The notes under the pieces: generated by a model | What the model was told of the DNA's origin: nothing | Database searches by the model: none | Seen by the model: only the letters and a program-made list of their open reading frames with translations | DNA from: Lama glama | Taxonomy: Eukaryota | NCBI GenBank assembly: GCA_028534125.1 | Contig: CM052818.1 | Coordinates: forward strand, 30,072,001 to 30,136,000 | Length of the DNA stretch: 64,000 bases | Direction: 5' to 3' | Translations under genes and position numbers: made by a program | In this document: positions 39,095 through 52,689 of the stretch, piece by piece | Numbering within the stretch: the first letter of the stretch is position 1 | Layout: the number at the start of each line of letters is the position of its first letter

Positions 39095-39232
39095 CTTAGC
39101 AACTTTGTGGTTTGCTGCAGTCTCATGAGATGTATTTTTCAAACCATCTTTGAGCTGTGTGATGAACAAATCATAACCCTCGGTGCTAGAAATATCTACC
39201 TTTTCTAAACATGCTGATAAGAGCTGTTGTGC
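39095..39232 (-). CDS. BIRC6: BIRC6 exon 3 (138 nt) AQQLLSACLEK...ANHKVAK
   Basis: acceptor ttatttag|G, donor AAG|GTAAGA. Confidence 0.96.
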
Positions 39233-40089
39233 CTAAATAAAAGATGATCACAAAAAATTAAACACAACAGAAAATGTTAAATTCAGATCCTTATACAAAT
39301 ATTTTCATTCTGACAGGTACTATACTAAAGCTTGCCTACTTTTTGTAAAACAAACTTAATTAATCTAGATGACTAGATGACTTTAGTGTTATGACACTAA
39401 ACATGAAATCTAAGTATATATATGTTGGATTTTTGGGGTTTTTTTACAAAAAGCCTTCCAAAGAAGGAATGAAATCATTTATACTGTACTTAAAATTCAC
39501 ACATGAATACTTTTCATGTACTAAAAAATGGGAAATATAATATACAGATTTTATTAACTAATCATATCAATCCACCAAATGCAAAACAATTAATAATCAA
39601 CAACTTGGTATGAAGACAGAAATAATTATCTCACTTTATTAGGAAGTATAGCATTATAATCTTTAATATTCTGAGATGATTTAAAATCTTGATAAATCTG
39701 AAAACTGTACTTTCAAATCACATGATATGACCATCAACACATACCAAAGGATTTAAGTTAGGATAGACTTAAAAATTAAGTAATGCATATGTAACACAAG
39801 AAAATACACATGGCTGAAATTTTAAACTAAAATTGTTAAGAAACATGATACACAGCAAAGATTACTGGTTGTCCTTAAAATTTATTCCTTTTTTTTTAAT
39901 ATTAAAGAAGAAAGAACCACCTCAGCTTAATGTGGCCTTGTGAGTAAACTCTGGCTAATGGGGTGAATATGAAAAGGATATATGTGAGATAGTTTATAAA
40001 AGAGAACAAGAAAAATGAGGGGGCTAGGGGAAAGGGAGGAAGGGGATGAGGGAGGGAGGTGAAGGGAAAGGACAGGAAGCAGAGTGGGA

Positions 40090-40310
40090 AATGCCAGTGT
40101 GCTTCCCTGGCCTTTTGCCCTCCCCTTCTTTCCCTAAGACTGGGAAATAATGAAACTTGAAGCAGCTGTCTTGGACTCATGAGATGGAAGCTAAGTGTTT
40201 AGGTAAGTAAGCTGTCCCTACACTTAGCCCTGCATTGTTACTGGAAAGAAACTATCTTGTTTAAGCCATTGTATTTTAGGGTCTCTGTTACAGTGGTTTA
40301 TCCTGTACAG
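40090..40310 (+). mobile_element. Old MLT1-type LTR fragment
   Basis: TTGTTTAAGCCATTGTATTTTAGGGTCTCTGTTACA is typical of an MLT1 3' end. Confidence 0.5.
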
Positions 40311-40514
40311 TTCACGCATATCATTTTAACAAGTATCAATTAATTATGCAGAGAAAAGACAAGTATTTCAAGAAAGTTGTGATCAATAAGTCAATTCTTT
40401 GTTTTTTATAGGGGTACATATATAGTATCTTCAAAAGACATCCTAATTTCATTTAACAGCTAATAGGTCTGAGACATTAAGTAGAAAAGCATATTGATAC
40501 CGATTTCAACTTAC

Positions 40515-40696
40515 CTCGGTAACAGGTAATTCAAGCTGAACCACATCATCCTGCTTTGAAACTGGAGTTTGCAGAGCAGTGTCTAACAACAAGATTCCAT
40601 TAAGGTCCTTCCTACACCCTACTGCATAATCATCCACAAATATAACTTTATCCACGGCAGAAATATACTGACATTTCACCTGTCCACCTGGTTTAG
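40515..40696 (-). CDS. BIRC6: BIRC6 exon 2 (182 nt) (A)KPGGQVKCQY...QLELPVTE
   Basis: acceptor ttttaacag|C, donor GAG|GTAAGT; frame continuous with exon 1. Confidence 0.96.
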
Positions 40697-42804
40697 CTGT
40701 TAAAAGAACAAAAATTCAATACTTAAGATTTTAAAACCAATAGTCCATTTAAAATAATGTTTATATGGCAACTAAATATAATATATAATCTTCGACTGGA
40801 AAAATGCTCTAAAGGACATTATTAGAACTGGTTAAATCAGAGTATGTACTGTAGATTACCATAACAATATGAAATTAACAGAACTTGAAAACTAAATTGC
40901 TGTTATAAAAGAGATTATGATTGTTTTTAGAAATAAACACAGAAGTAGTGAAGGGTAAAGGGGCATGATATATTAAACCTACTCACGATAGAGCAAAAGT
41001 AATATGTATGTATACGTGGGGAAACGATTAGCAAATGTGGTAAAATATTTACAAATAAAGTAAGTGTAACTGGGTAAAGGTTATAGGGAAGTTCTTTGCA
41101 CTACACTGTTTTAAAATAAAGTGGAAAAAATTTTTCAATATTCAATACTATACAACTTTGGAAATCAACTATATTTCAATTAAATAAATAAATAAATAGG
41201 ATATTCTATATTTTATTTATGTCTTTTTTTTTTTGCAAAAATCATTAAGCATAAAGTCAGTGTGGATAGTTTCAAGGTAATTACCTCAAAAATTTATTTA
41301 GGGCTTTTTGTATCTGAGATAAAACTATGGAAAATGTTTATAACCTAAGTTAAGAGAAAGAGAACTAGTAAAGTCTCTAGTTAAACACCACTTAAAAAAC
41401 ACAGTCAACTATGAAGATCAATGTTCCCTGAAGTTTCTGTTGAATCGATATAAGAAGAGTATTTTTTAATGGAAAACCAGTGAATACACTAACTATAAAA
41501 TTTCTCAGGATAAGTTAGTGTAGAATTTCAAGAAGTCTTATAAAACGTAGTAAAAGATAGAAGCCTTAAATATAATACCAAAAAATAGTTTGGAAAAGGT
41601 AACATCAATTTTTACATTTAAATTCATAAGGAGATTTATAAGGAGACTAATGTTAAGTGTTCTGCCACGAATATAGTGTCTCTGTAAAAAGACTTCAAAG
41701 AATGAGCAACTGTGAAATTCTATTGCACTAGAGAAGATACTTCTCTGTGGGCAAGCAATCCTGCTGCCAGTACAGCTTATTCTAAACTCCAATCTCAACT
41801 CTAAAGAACACTCCTGATATTAGTACTGTTATTACCTAATGATACAAAAGTAGAAAGGAAGAGAAACTCACCGATCTCTAGGACAACTATAAAACATGTT
41901 ATAATCAATAAACACTGGGGGTGGCTTTCTTAACCCAGATAATTATAGTTCTCTCAAGCTCTTGGAGGCATTACAAAATTGATTAAGAATTAATTCATTA
42001 TCTACATAAAACAAAGAATAATTCGTGGAATTTCTATAGTTCATTCTCAGATCTGAAGGTTTGAAATATATGTTAGCATATAGGAAAATACAATAAAATC
42101 AGAGTATTTACCTAGCACTTCTGATCTCTAGGTAAAACCACAACAAACCATACAAATTACAGGAACTCAGAGTAAAATTGTGTAAGAAATTGTAAAGATA
42201 GTTTCAAAATTCATTAACTATAATTTTTTTAAATAGACTATTCTTTTTTAACAGCAGTTTCAGGTTCACAGCAAAACTGAGCAGAAGGCACAGAGATTTC
42301 CCATATGTGCTCTGCCCCTACAAGTAACTACGAAAAATTTTAAAACTACGAATTCTGTTTTATTATTTTAGGGGCATGTAATTGGGTAATGAACTATAAA
42401 AATCATTATTTTGTTAAAACTTCCCCAGAGAGGTATAAAATGTGAGACTCTACACCAGGGTTTTCAACTGGGTTTCCATGCAACCTTAGAATTCCATATA
42501 TGTAGTCACTAGAGATTCCTCAATAGATCATGATTGAAAAAAAGTCAACACTGTTTTTTAACTTCTTACACTATGCTCTACTAGCACTCAAAGTAATGCA
42601 CAGTGACCAAGCAGCCCTACTGGCAATTTCTTCAGAGGTCTTTCAGGCCCATAGAGCAGCGTGTTAACAGGCCCACGTTTACTCAGATGAGTCCATTCAC
42701 GGTTTTTACAGAAGACCGTTCTTAACTGGTGACTGCTGTACTGCACAGAGGGAAGACAGTAAACTGATTATCAGCCATATCACCCCAAAGGCTCTTTGAG
42801 TTTA

Positions 42805-42917
42805 TATGACCTCATCTTAACTAATTACATCTGCAAAGACCCTATTTCTAAGTAAGGTCATATTCTGAGGTTCCATGTGGACATGAATTTTGAGAGAGGA
42901 TTATGCAACCCACTACA
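42805..42917 (-). mobile_element. MLT1 LTR fragment
   Basis: ATGACCTCATCTTAACTAATTACATCTGCAAAGACCCTATTT...CAACCCACTACA. Confidence 0.75.
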
Positions 42918-43940
42918 GGCTCTTTCTCTGTATCTTCTGCTCAGCCTGAGAACTTCATTTTGAGAGAAAGTACTTTTATTAATGTAGTCTGATAGTATGC
43001 TCAAGATTCAATTTACACCTGCCCCTAAACAAGTCCTAGATTTCTGTGAAGAAGCAATATCCTGCATTGAATAAAGAATATTTTGTGGAACTTTTCATCT
43101 TCTTACATGTCTGAGCAACTCTTTTCTTACTTAACAAGAAATTAGACCAATGACAGAAATTCTCTAATTTGGGTTAAAAATTGAATCCACGTGTGCTTTA
43201 AGTTTGACCCAGAATTGACTACCTGTACAGCAAAAAAAGAAAAAAAAAAAGGAAAGAAAGAAAAAAAGCACAGGTTTCACAATAAGAGGTAAATTCAACA
43301 TTTATTTTTAGTCCTAAGAATAACAATTTTAAGCACATAATGGTTCATAAAAGAGATGAAGAAACCAAGAAACCTATGTTCGAGCCAGGTTGTCACTCAG
43401 TAAGAAAACATCTTTTCAAAGTCTTGTATGAAATTGTATCTTAAGTTATACTTTTATCCATACTGCTTTGTCTATGGTTTTAGTAGCATTACTACGCAAC
43501 ACTGTCAAAAAATTCTAATGTTGTAAATAATATTAATAAATAACTTATAACCTATATTTAAATTAAATCTCCCAAGACTACCTTTAAAAATTTTTCATAT
43601 TATTTTGACATAAACCAGTTATTTAACAGAAATTTATTTTGTTTTCCTTATGAGTTTAAAATGTCTGAAAATAAACTTCTCAAAGACAGATAAGCTCTGC
43701 TTAACTGTTAAGTTTTCAAGAAAAGTTTCAAAAAAAACATTTTTGGTTTTTAAATAGAGGGGGAAAACTCTTATACATACCCTATAACCACCAATTTTTA
43801 TCACCCTATTGCACCTTATTTAAGAATTTTGTACAGAAGATACTTGTAAAATGACTTTTAAACCTACATGGATATGGTTTAAAAATAAATTCAAGCAAAA
43901 AATTTAATAGAAGAAAAACTCAAACTTCCTCCATCTATAC

Positions 43941-44163
43941 CAGTGATCAACAAACTTCTTATGTAAAGGTCAGACAGTAAATACCACCAGTGCCTCGCAA
44001 GACATGTACGTGGTCTTTCTCACAATTACTCAACCCTGCCACTGTAGTGCAAAAGCAGCATGTAAATAAATGGGTGTGGATGTGTTCCAGTAGCATTTTA
44101 TTTATAAAATCAGGAGACAGCCTGAAGGCTACAGAGGTGGCAGGCCATAGTTTACAGACCCTG
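43941..44163. mobile_element. MER58-like hAT DNA transposon
   Basis: CAGTGATCAACAAACTT..GTAAAGGTCAGACAGTAAATA...CCATAGTTTACAGACCCTG. Confidence 0.8.
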
Positions 44164-45076
44164 GATTGACACTAATGACTTACATTATTAGTACAGATTT
44201 TCTTTTGGGGCAGGGGAAACCATAAAAATAGTAGGTTAACAATTCACAGCCAGACACAATAAGCTGCTGAAAACTAACAAAGAAAAATCCTGAAAGCAAC
44301 GAGAGGATACGTTACATACAGACAAGTAATAATTACAACGAAAGCACATTTATCATTAAAAACCATGGGGTTCTTTAGGAACTGGACCACTTTTAAAGTA
44401 CTCAAAAAAGAAATTCTATATTCAACAAAAATATCCGTCAGGAATGAAGGTGAAATGAAGACATTCTCAGATGAACAGAAATTTTGCCAGCAAACCTGCT
44501 TGAAAAGAACCACAAAAAGTTCATCAAAGAGAAGGGAAATTATTTCAGAAGTAAACCTACGATTATCAAGAATGAGGGAAGAGCAACAGAAATGGTAAAT
44601 ATCTGGGTAAATATAAATGATCATTCTTCACCCCAGTTTTAACTATTAGACAACTGAAAGCAAAAATTACAATGTCTGATGGTCTTCAACATCACATAGA
44701 TGTAATAAATAAGTCCAGTATAATTTAAGAGACAGAAGGGTATGATAGGGTGGTAATGTTTCTACATTTCACTTAAAGTGGTAAAATACTGATTCTAAAT
44801 ACACTGAGGAAAGTATATATACTGCAAGCCCTCAAATAATTACAAAAATATATACAATTAGTCAAAAGCAATATATAAGTGTAAAAAAAAATCAAACCAA
44901 AAACAGGAGAAAAAAAGAGGAAACAAATAAAACATGGAAAACTAAATCAAAATATTAACAATTACATTAAATATAAATGGCCTAAGTATGCCAATGAAAA
45001 GACAAATTGAATTTAAACACACAATCCAACTCTATGATGTCTACAAGAAACTTACTATTCTGAAAGGGTAAAACTA

Positions 45077-45208
45077 GGGGAGGCAAGGTATAGCTCAAGT
45101 TGTAGAGCACCTGCTTAGCATGCACAAGGTCCTGGGTTCGATCCCCAGTACCTCCATTAAATAAACAAACAATCAAACCTAGTTACCTTCCCCACCTGAA
45201 GAAAAATA
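45077..45208 (+). mobile_element. Vic-1-like SINE nested in L1 ORF2
   Basis: B box GGTTCGATCC; TSD AAAGGGTAAAA at 45063-45073 and 45209-45219. Confidence 0.87.
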
Positions 45209-47162
45209 AAAGGGTAAAAATAAAAGTAAAAGGATAGAAAAAGGATGTATCATGCCAATGTTAATCAAAGAAAGATGGAATGGCTATATTTAGATCAAGC
45301 AGGCATGCATGGGGCTTTACATGATAAAAGGATCAATTCACGAAGAAGAAAAGGCAATTCTAAATACATATACACCTAACCAATTAAAGGGAGACTTTTG
45401 AAGGACTGTTTAAGATATATATGTATGTTTATATACCTAACAGAACTTCAAAATACATTCAGCAAAAATTAAAAGAACTGAAAGGAGAAACAGGCACCCA
45501 AAATTACAGTTAGAAACTTCAACTTTCAGTAATTGATAGAACTAGTAGATAGAAAACTAGCAAAAATATAGAGAAACTGAACAACACCATCAACCAATGA
45601 CATTTTTAAAATATTCCATCTATCAACAGTAGAATGCACGTTCATTTCAGGTGCACATCAAGCATTCATTAATACAGATCATATCTTGGGTCAAAAAGAG
45701 AAATGAAATTAAAAGTATGTTCTCTGACCATAATGTATTTAAGGAGAAATCAATAACAGGAATATAACGGGAAACATTTAAATACTTAGAAATTAAAAAA
45801 CATACTTCTCAATAACCCTTAGGCCAATGCATAAGTCTCAAGTAACTCAGAAAATATTTCTAAAAGAATGAAAATGAAAGTATGATATCAAAGTATGTCA
45901 CATGAAGTTAAAACAGTGATTAGAGTAAAACTTATAGAAACTGAATGCTTATATTAGGGTGGGGAAGAAGATTTCAAATCAATAACCTAAGCTTCCTATT
46001 AAGAAAACTAGAAAAAGAGCAAAACAAGCAAAAGGAAAGAAATAATAAAGATAATAACAGAAGTTAATGCAAGAGAAAATAGAAAAACAACAGAGAAAAT
46101 CAATACAAGTGAAAAAGAGTTCTTGGAAAAGATCAATGGAATTGATAAAGCTCTAGCAAAGACTGGCACAGAAGAAAAAAGACACAAATTACCACAATAC
46201 CAGGAATGAAAGAGGAGCCAGAGCGATCCTGCAGACATCAAAAGATAAATAGAAGAATACTATGAACAACTCTGTGCATATAAATTTGACAACTCAGGTT
46301 GTCAAAATAAATAAATTTGACACTACAGATGTCAGAAAAGTAACTGGGTAGTTACAGATAAATACAGATAAATCTACACACATAAATTTGAAAATACAGA
46401 TGAAATTCCTTACAAACCACAAACTACCAAATTATTAAAAATGAAATAGATAATCTGAATTAAGGAAAGTGAATTCATAGTTTAAAACTCTTCAAAGATA
46501 TCTCCAGACTTAACTGATTTCAATGGAGCATTCTATCAAACATTTAAGTAAGAAGTAATACCAACTCTACACAATCTCGTTCAGGAAACAGAAAAAGAGG
46601 GAACACTTCCAAACACATTTTATGACGCCAGAATTAACCTGATACCAAACCTAGAAAAAAATACAGAAAAAAAAAGAAACTACATACCATTATCCCTCAC
46701 ACAGATTGAGGCAAAAATTCTCAACAAAATAAAAGCAAATGGAATTCATTTGACACATATGAAAATAATAATACACTAGGACCAAATATGATTATCCCAG
46801 GAATGCAAAACAGGTTCAGTATTCATCAGTAGAAGCCAGCAGAATAATTGCTTAAACAAACAAACAAACAAAAAAACACACAATCAAGTCAGTAGATACA
46901 TTTGGCAAAATACATCTTTTCATGATTTAAAAAAAAGTCCTCGGCAAATTAAAAGGGAATTTCCTCAACCTGATAAACGACGGCTACAAAAAGTCTACCA
47001 CTATCAACATACTTAACAGTAAAAGACTGAACACTTCCTCACTAAGATCAGGAATAGGACAAAAATATTACACCCTCACCACTCCTATCCAATACCATAC
47101 TGGAAGATTGAGCCACTGCAGTTAAGAAATGAGGAATCAGACAGATTAGAAAGCATGAAATG

Positions 47163-47409
47163 GGGGGGTGGGAAGGGATAGACTGGGAGTTCGAAATTTG
47201 TAGATACTGACAGGCATATGAGAATAGATAAACAAGATTATACTGTATAGCACAGGGAAATATATACAAGACCTTGTGGTAGCTCACAGTGAAAAAAAAT
47301 GTGACAATGAATATATGTATGTTTGTGTATAACTGAAAAATTGTGCTCTACACTGGAATTTGACACATTGTAAATGACTATAACAATAAAAAATGTTTTA
47401 AAAAAAAAA
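47163..47409 (+). mobile_element. Younger L1 3'-end insertion nested in older L1
   Basis: Near-identical to 54325-54560; A tail; TSD AAAGCA(T/A)GAAATG at 47150-47162 and 47407-47419. Confidence 0.85.
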
Positions 47410-48060
47410 GCAAGAAATGAAACTGTCCCTATTCACAGGCAACATGATTACCTATACAGAAAATCCCAAAGAATCTAAAAAACAAAAAACTCCTAGAGCT
47501 AACAAAAGAGTTTAACAAGTTAGCACTGAACAAATACACAAATATCAATCAACTGTATTTCTATATGCTAGCAATGATCAATATGAAACAAAAATTTAAC
47601 CCAAAACTTAAGTTTACAAGAGCTCTAAAGACATAAAATATTAAGATACAGATATCTAACAAAAGGTATACACAATATGTATGTTGAAAAGTACAAATGA
47701 CCAGTGAAAGAAATCAAAGACTACCTAAATAAAATCATGGTCATGGACTGGAAGAATCAACATAGCAAAGATGTCAAAAGTCCCCAAATTGCTATTTAGA
47801 TTTAATTTAATTTCAATCAAAATTCCTCCAAGATTTTTGAGATATAGATAAAATGAGTCCAAAGTAATTTGAAAAGGCAAAGGAAATGGAATAGCCAAAA
47901 CAATTTTGATACAGTTGGGCAAATCACATTACATGACTTTTAAGACCTGCTATAAAGCTTACAGTACCACAAGAAAGTATGCTACTAGAAAATGGACAGA
48001 CATTAGATCTACGGAACAGAACAAAATCCAGAGTTAGATCTGCATAAACATGACAACTTG

Positions 48061-48450
48061 ATTTTTTTAAGCTGTAATAAATTACCCATTACCTAAAACT
48101 TACTATTTTAACCATTTTTAAGTGTACAGTTCAGTGGCATTAAGTACATTCACACTGTTGGAAAACAATCCTCACCATCCATCCACAGAACTCTCGTCTT
48201 GCAAAACTGGAAGTCCATAATCATTGATACCAAGTCCCCACCTCCACCCCCATAGAACCTGGCAACCACTATTCTATTTTCTTCTGTCTGTATGAAATTG
48301 ACTAAGTACCTCATGTAAGTGGCATCATACAGTATTTGTCCTTTTCTGTTTTATTTCACTGAGCATAATGTCTTCAAGGTTCATTCACATTGTAGCATGT
48401 GTTAGAATTTCCTCCCTTTTTAACATTAATATTTCATTGTATATATATAC
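48061..48450 (-). mobile_element. L1MB-like 3' end, minus strand
   Basis: TTTAAGTGTACAGTTCAGTGGCATTAAGTACATTCAC...CCTGGCAACCACT...TCAAGGTTCATTCA. Confidence 0.8.
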
Positions 48451-49460
48451 ATGAACAGAAACAACAGAAACAGGCAAAAAGAACTTGTTATATACCAAAA
48501 TGTTAAAACTGCCCATTTCTAGGTAATGAAATCATTAAGTGACTACTCTTTCCTTTAGTCTATCTGGTGTCCTATAATAAGCTAAGTCACTTTTAAAATG
48601 GAAATTTTCAAAGGAAGGAAATTGTGTTTTTTTAATTAATTATCAATTCTAATACCCACATCAAGAAACAGCCACCTTTTAATAGTGCACTATCTACAAC
48701 ATGTATTCCTACAAAACTTGAAAAAACATCATTAGAAATACATTATTTTGGCAAACTGACACAACAAGCTGTAAAAGTCCATATTCACTGAGATGGCATC
48801 AGACTTCAATGATTGAAACAGTCTACCATAACATCCAAATATACAACCACCATTCAAAGTCAGTAAAGAGGGTGCAAAATTAATGTTAGGTTCTTACAAA
48901 GCCTTTAAAATATAATTAAAGTTAGCAAAAAATAATTTTACAAAAGTTGTTAGTATACTATATAATTCAAGGACTAACTGAGTATTTACATAAAAACAGA
49001 ATTTGGTGCAAAGCAAATGAAGTTTGGGAAAGTTCTGTGGCTAGTCCATGAAGAAAAAAGTAACAAACGGATAAAATGTAATGCAGGGATAGTATTATTC
49101 CAGGCAGGAGAACCACCCCCTACCTAAGCATGGAAGAGACTCTCTGAAAGATACAGAATTATTGGAATTAAGATTTTCAAGTTCCAATTCTCTCTATTCA
49201 CTTTATCTAAAACTGCCACCAGACCACTTATTTTACCATAATCTTAAGTATCTGACATCAACTGGAGAAGTTTTCAGGACATAATAACCACTGAAAATTT
49301 TCTATGGATGGGACTCAATCTTTAAGGACTTACATCCTGCAAGAAATTGTGGGATATTTTTCATATATATAATATTCAATTTTTCACAGTTGTATCTCTC
49401 AGTCACTCTGGGATACATAGATTATATTCTTCCTTCAGAATCTGACCTGGCTAACCCAGT

Positions 49461-49602
49461 GGGAGCGTATACCTCAGTGATAGAGCACGTGCTTAAGCAT
49501 GCACAAGGTCCCAGGTTCAATCCCCAGAGTCTCCATTAAATAAATGAATAAATAAACCTTACCCCTCAAAATTTTTTTTAAACTTAAAAGAAAAATAAAA
49601 AA
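49461..49602 (+). mobile_element. Vic-1-like SINE
   Basis: tRNA head; TSD core GACCTGGCTA at 49444-49453 and 49609-49618. Confidence 0.85.
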
Positions 49603-50871
49603 GAACTCGACCTGGCTATAATTAAAATGTGGGGACTAAAATCCCTATCTGATATTGCACAAGAGAACCCTTAAAACATCTATAAATAAATTCTTGTTGC
49701 TACACAAAGTTGCCCATCTGAGAAGCAACTCAGCTACAAATCAATACAATTCTACTATCTGAAACATGTGCCCTTGTGACTTTCTATTTGGAGGTCATAT
49801 TTGAAACTGCTATTCCCTGTTTAATATAGAAGATGGCACATACCTCCAGACTAGCAGTCACAGATTTCTCAAGATTCCTCACATAGCCTACATTTTAAGT
49901 CAGTGCAAGTCAAATTCCATCCAAATATGATGAAAATCCATCCAGCTGTTTTTGCATACTACAGTAAGACAGGCCAACAGAAACTTGCCCTTGACATCTG
50001 CCTTGCTGCTGTCTCATATCACTAGGATCTTTACTCAAGTGCCATCTGAGCAAGACTCCCTCAGCACACCACACAGCACAAACCTGTCCACCACTGTCTG
50101 TCTCATACCGGTTTGATTTCTGATGGCATTTATCACCACCTGGTAAAGTACGTGCAGGTGTGCATGTGTGTAATATACCTCTTTCCACTAAACCACGAAC
50201 TCTAGGAAAGTAAGGACTTATGTTAACTACTATATCACCAGTGCTTGACACACAGTAAATGTTTTGAATAAATGAGTCATTTTCTATAGCTTTGAAGAAC
50301 TTTTTAATGTGTTAAAACTAAGCTTATAATGTGGTAAAGTGCAACATTCTCACACTTAGCTTTTTTCATAATACAACAGGAAAACAATTTTAGGCATGAA
50401 ACAGTTGATTTGGTACAGATAACCTCAGCCATCTCTGACCTCTATAGCTACCTTTTTCCCCTTCTGTCCTCCTGTCCCCAAATTGAGGTCACTGTCTTTG
50501 CTGCAGTGGCATTTCGACAAAAAAGTATCAGAGTACTGAATTGGTTCAAAAAAATCAAACCTCAAAAAAAAAAAAACTCAAAAACAAAATCAAGCAAAAC
50601 TGAGTTATATCAGAAAAGAACAAAACATAAAGCAACAGAAATATGGCCTGTGATACAGTCCTGCTGCTTACCAGTATATTTCATTATATATACACTAAAT
50701 ACAACTTAAAATACAATGAGGTAGGTTTTACTGACAAACTAACTTGGGAGGTTTTCTTACCAAAAAAAAGTAAGGTTAAATAGAATACTATTCAATTCAA
50801 ATAAAATCTGTCTCTCATTTATTCCAGGCATATCAAATAAACTTGCTCATTTAAGATCCTAGGTGAAGTTT

Positions 50872-51057
50872 GAACCGCTCATCCTGGCTGCACATTAGAA
50901 TCACCTGCCATGCCTTAAAAACAAAAAATAAAAAATAATTTAAGTATGCCTGGGCTCCACTCCTGGCCACTTAAATCAGAATACTGGGACACAAGCAGAG
51001 TATTTTTTAAAAGCTCTCCTGATGATTCTAATGAGCAACCAAGACTGAGAAGCACTG
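50872..51057. mobile_element. MER5-like DNA transposon
   Basis: GGCTGCACATTAGAATCACCTG...TGATTCTAATG..GAGAAGCACTG. Confidence 0.75.
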
Positions 51058-52689
51058 CTTTGTGCCATCTGCCCAGTCTTACTTGTCTCTCCTATTTCAT
51101 AAAGTAGAGTACAGAAATAAATCATAAAAGATTTAAATTCCTGGTGCTCACAATAAATCTCAAAGAACACACTCCTATCTGCCCCACTCTAACATCTCTA
51201 TCATTTTCTCTAAAAAGTAAGCATAATATTCATCTCCTATAAAATACATCTCTGATTTAACATACAAACTAGACAAGTGTTTCTTTGGAGCACTGCCCTT
51301 GTCACAAACTATTTCATACTTATATAGCAATTAACTTATTCTTTTTGTCATTTGTACCTCCACTGTCTCCTCTCTATACCCAAGGAGTTTGGCTTAACTT
51401 TTCTGTATCCCTCACATTTGAAGTATAATTTACAAAGAATTTCTCCATTCATTATCATATCACATGATGAAGTAGTCTAGGCAAGAATTACTAGCCCACT
51501 TTAGAGATGATAACTCAGAGAAGTGCCTTGCTAAGGACATTTTGCATGAGACTATGAGCAGAACAATGCACATATCAGACAGGAACCTCCCACCCTCCTC
51601 CCCATTATTTTTACATACTACATTACAGAAATCTATTATTGTTTACATTCTATCTATAGTTATAGTTAACATTCTTAAGGACAGATTTCCAAATGTTCAA
51701 CAACCTAACTACGTTTTAAATTTCCACTTAAACAACAAGGATACAATACACACACATTTACCTCTGCTCCCTCCCACACTCTCACTGGAAAAACAGGAAA
51801 GAAATACTAAAGAGGGCATTAAACAAACCCACAAAGACAAAAAGAGCAAGTGAGGAAATGACAACAACAAAATTTCCAAAGTTGGGGGGCAAATGGAAGA
51901 GTGTTAACTAACTTATTTCCCCCCATCAAAATCTCAAGGCTATGCCAGCAGAGAGGAAAGCCCAAAATAAGTGTGTAGTAGTATTTTTCAAATTACACAG
52001 ATAATAAGTCTAAAATGAAAATTACTTAAAAGTGGTTTTTTGCAATATTCTCTCAATTAACTGACACTAAAAACAGATCTATCATAACAGGACCCAACAT
52101 TTTTTGCCTTATACTGGGAGTTCTCATACTTGAAAACATGGGAGCCATGGCCCAAGAGGACCAAGTCCAAGATCCTCAGGCTGTCTCATGACTCTCTTCA
52201 TCATCTTTGCACTTAATACAAATCACTTATAACAAATATTACCTGCTTCACGCTCTACTCTTGCTCATGCTGTTCCCTCAACCTGGCTAATTCCTTTTTT
52301 TTCAAGTCTCACCTGAAGCGTCACCTCTTCTAGAAAGCTTTACAAATTTAGGGGGAGTGTATTTAAAATTCATCTTATTATCCCCATATGGCAGACAAAC
52401 ACTTGTTGAACTGAACTGTGTAATTTAAAACACCAGTACAAAAAGTAACATTTATGTAGTGCTTATGGTGGGTCAAGTCATGTCTGTATGTATCAGTTTA
52501 TTTAATCCTTCCAATAACCAAAGGAGTTAGGTGCTAATTACGAAATGCAGAGGTAGGTTAAGCATCTTGCCTAAGGACACAACTAATAAGCGGTGAATCA
52601 TAGACTGGAACTCAGTCTGGCTCCAGAGCCAATATCTTTAACCACTAGACCAGACTTTCTCTATAGATACCAATGCTTTCCAATCTGTA

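Larger units (their letters stand above)
44240..48060 (+). mobile_element. Decayed L1 (ORF1 C-terminus, ORF2 endonuclease and RT remnants)
   Basis: ORF 44365 'ILYSTKISVRNEGEMKTFSDEQK' matches the L1 ORF1 C-terminus; ORF2 motifs TCTCTGACCATAATG, CCTGATACCAAA, AACATGATTACCTAT. Confidence 0.9.

Noticed and set aside
44274..47922. Hydrophobic minus-strand ORFs resembling membrane proteins
   Set aside because: T-rich reverse complements of A-rich L1 sequence.
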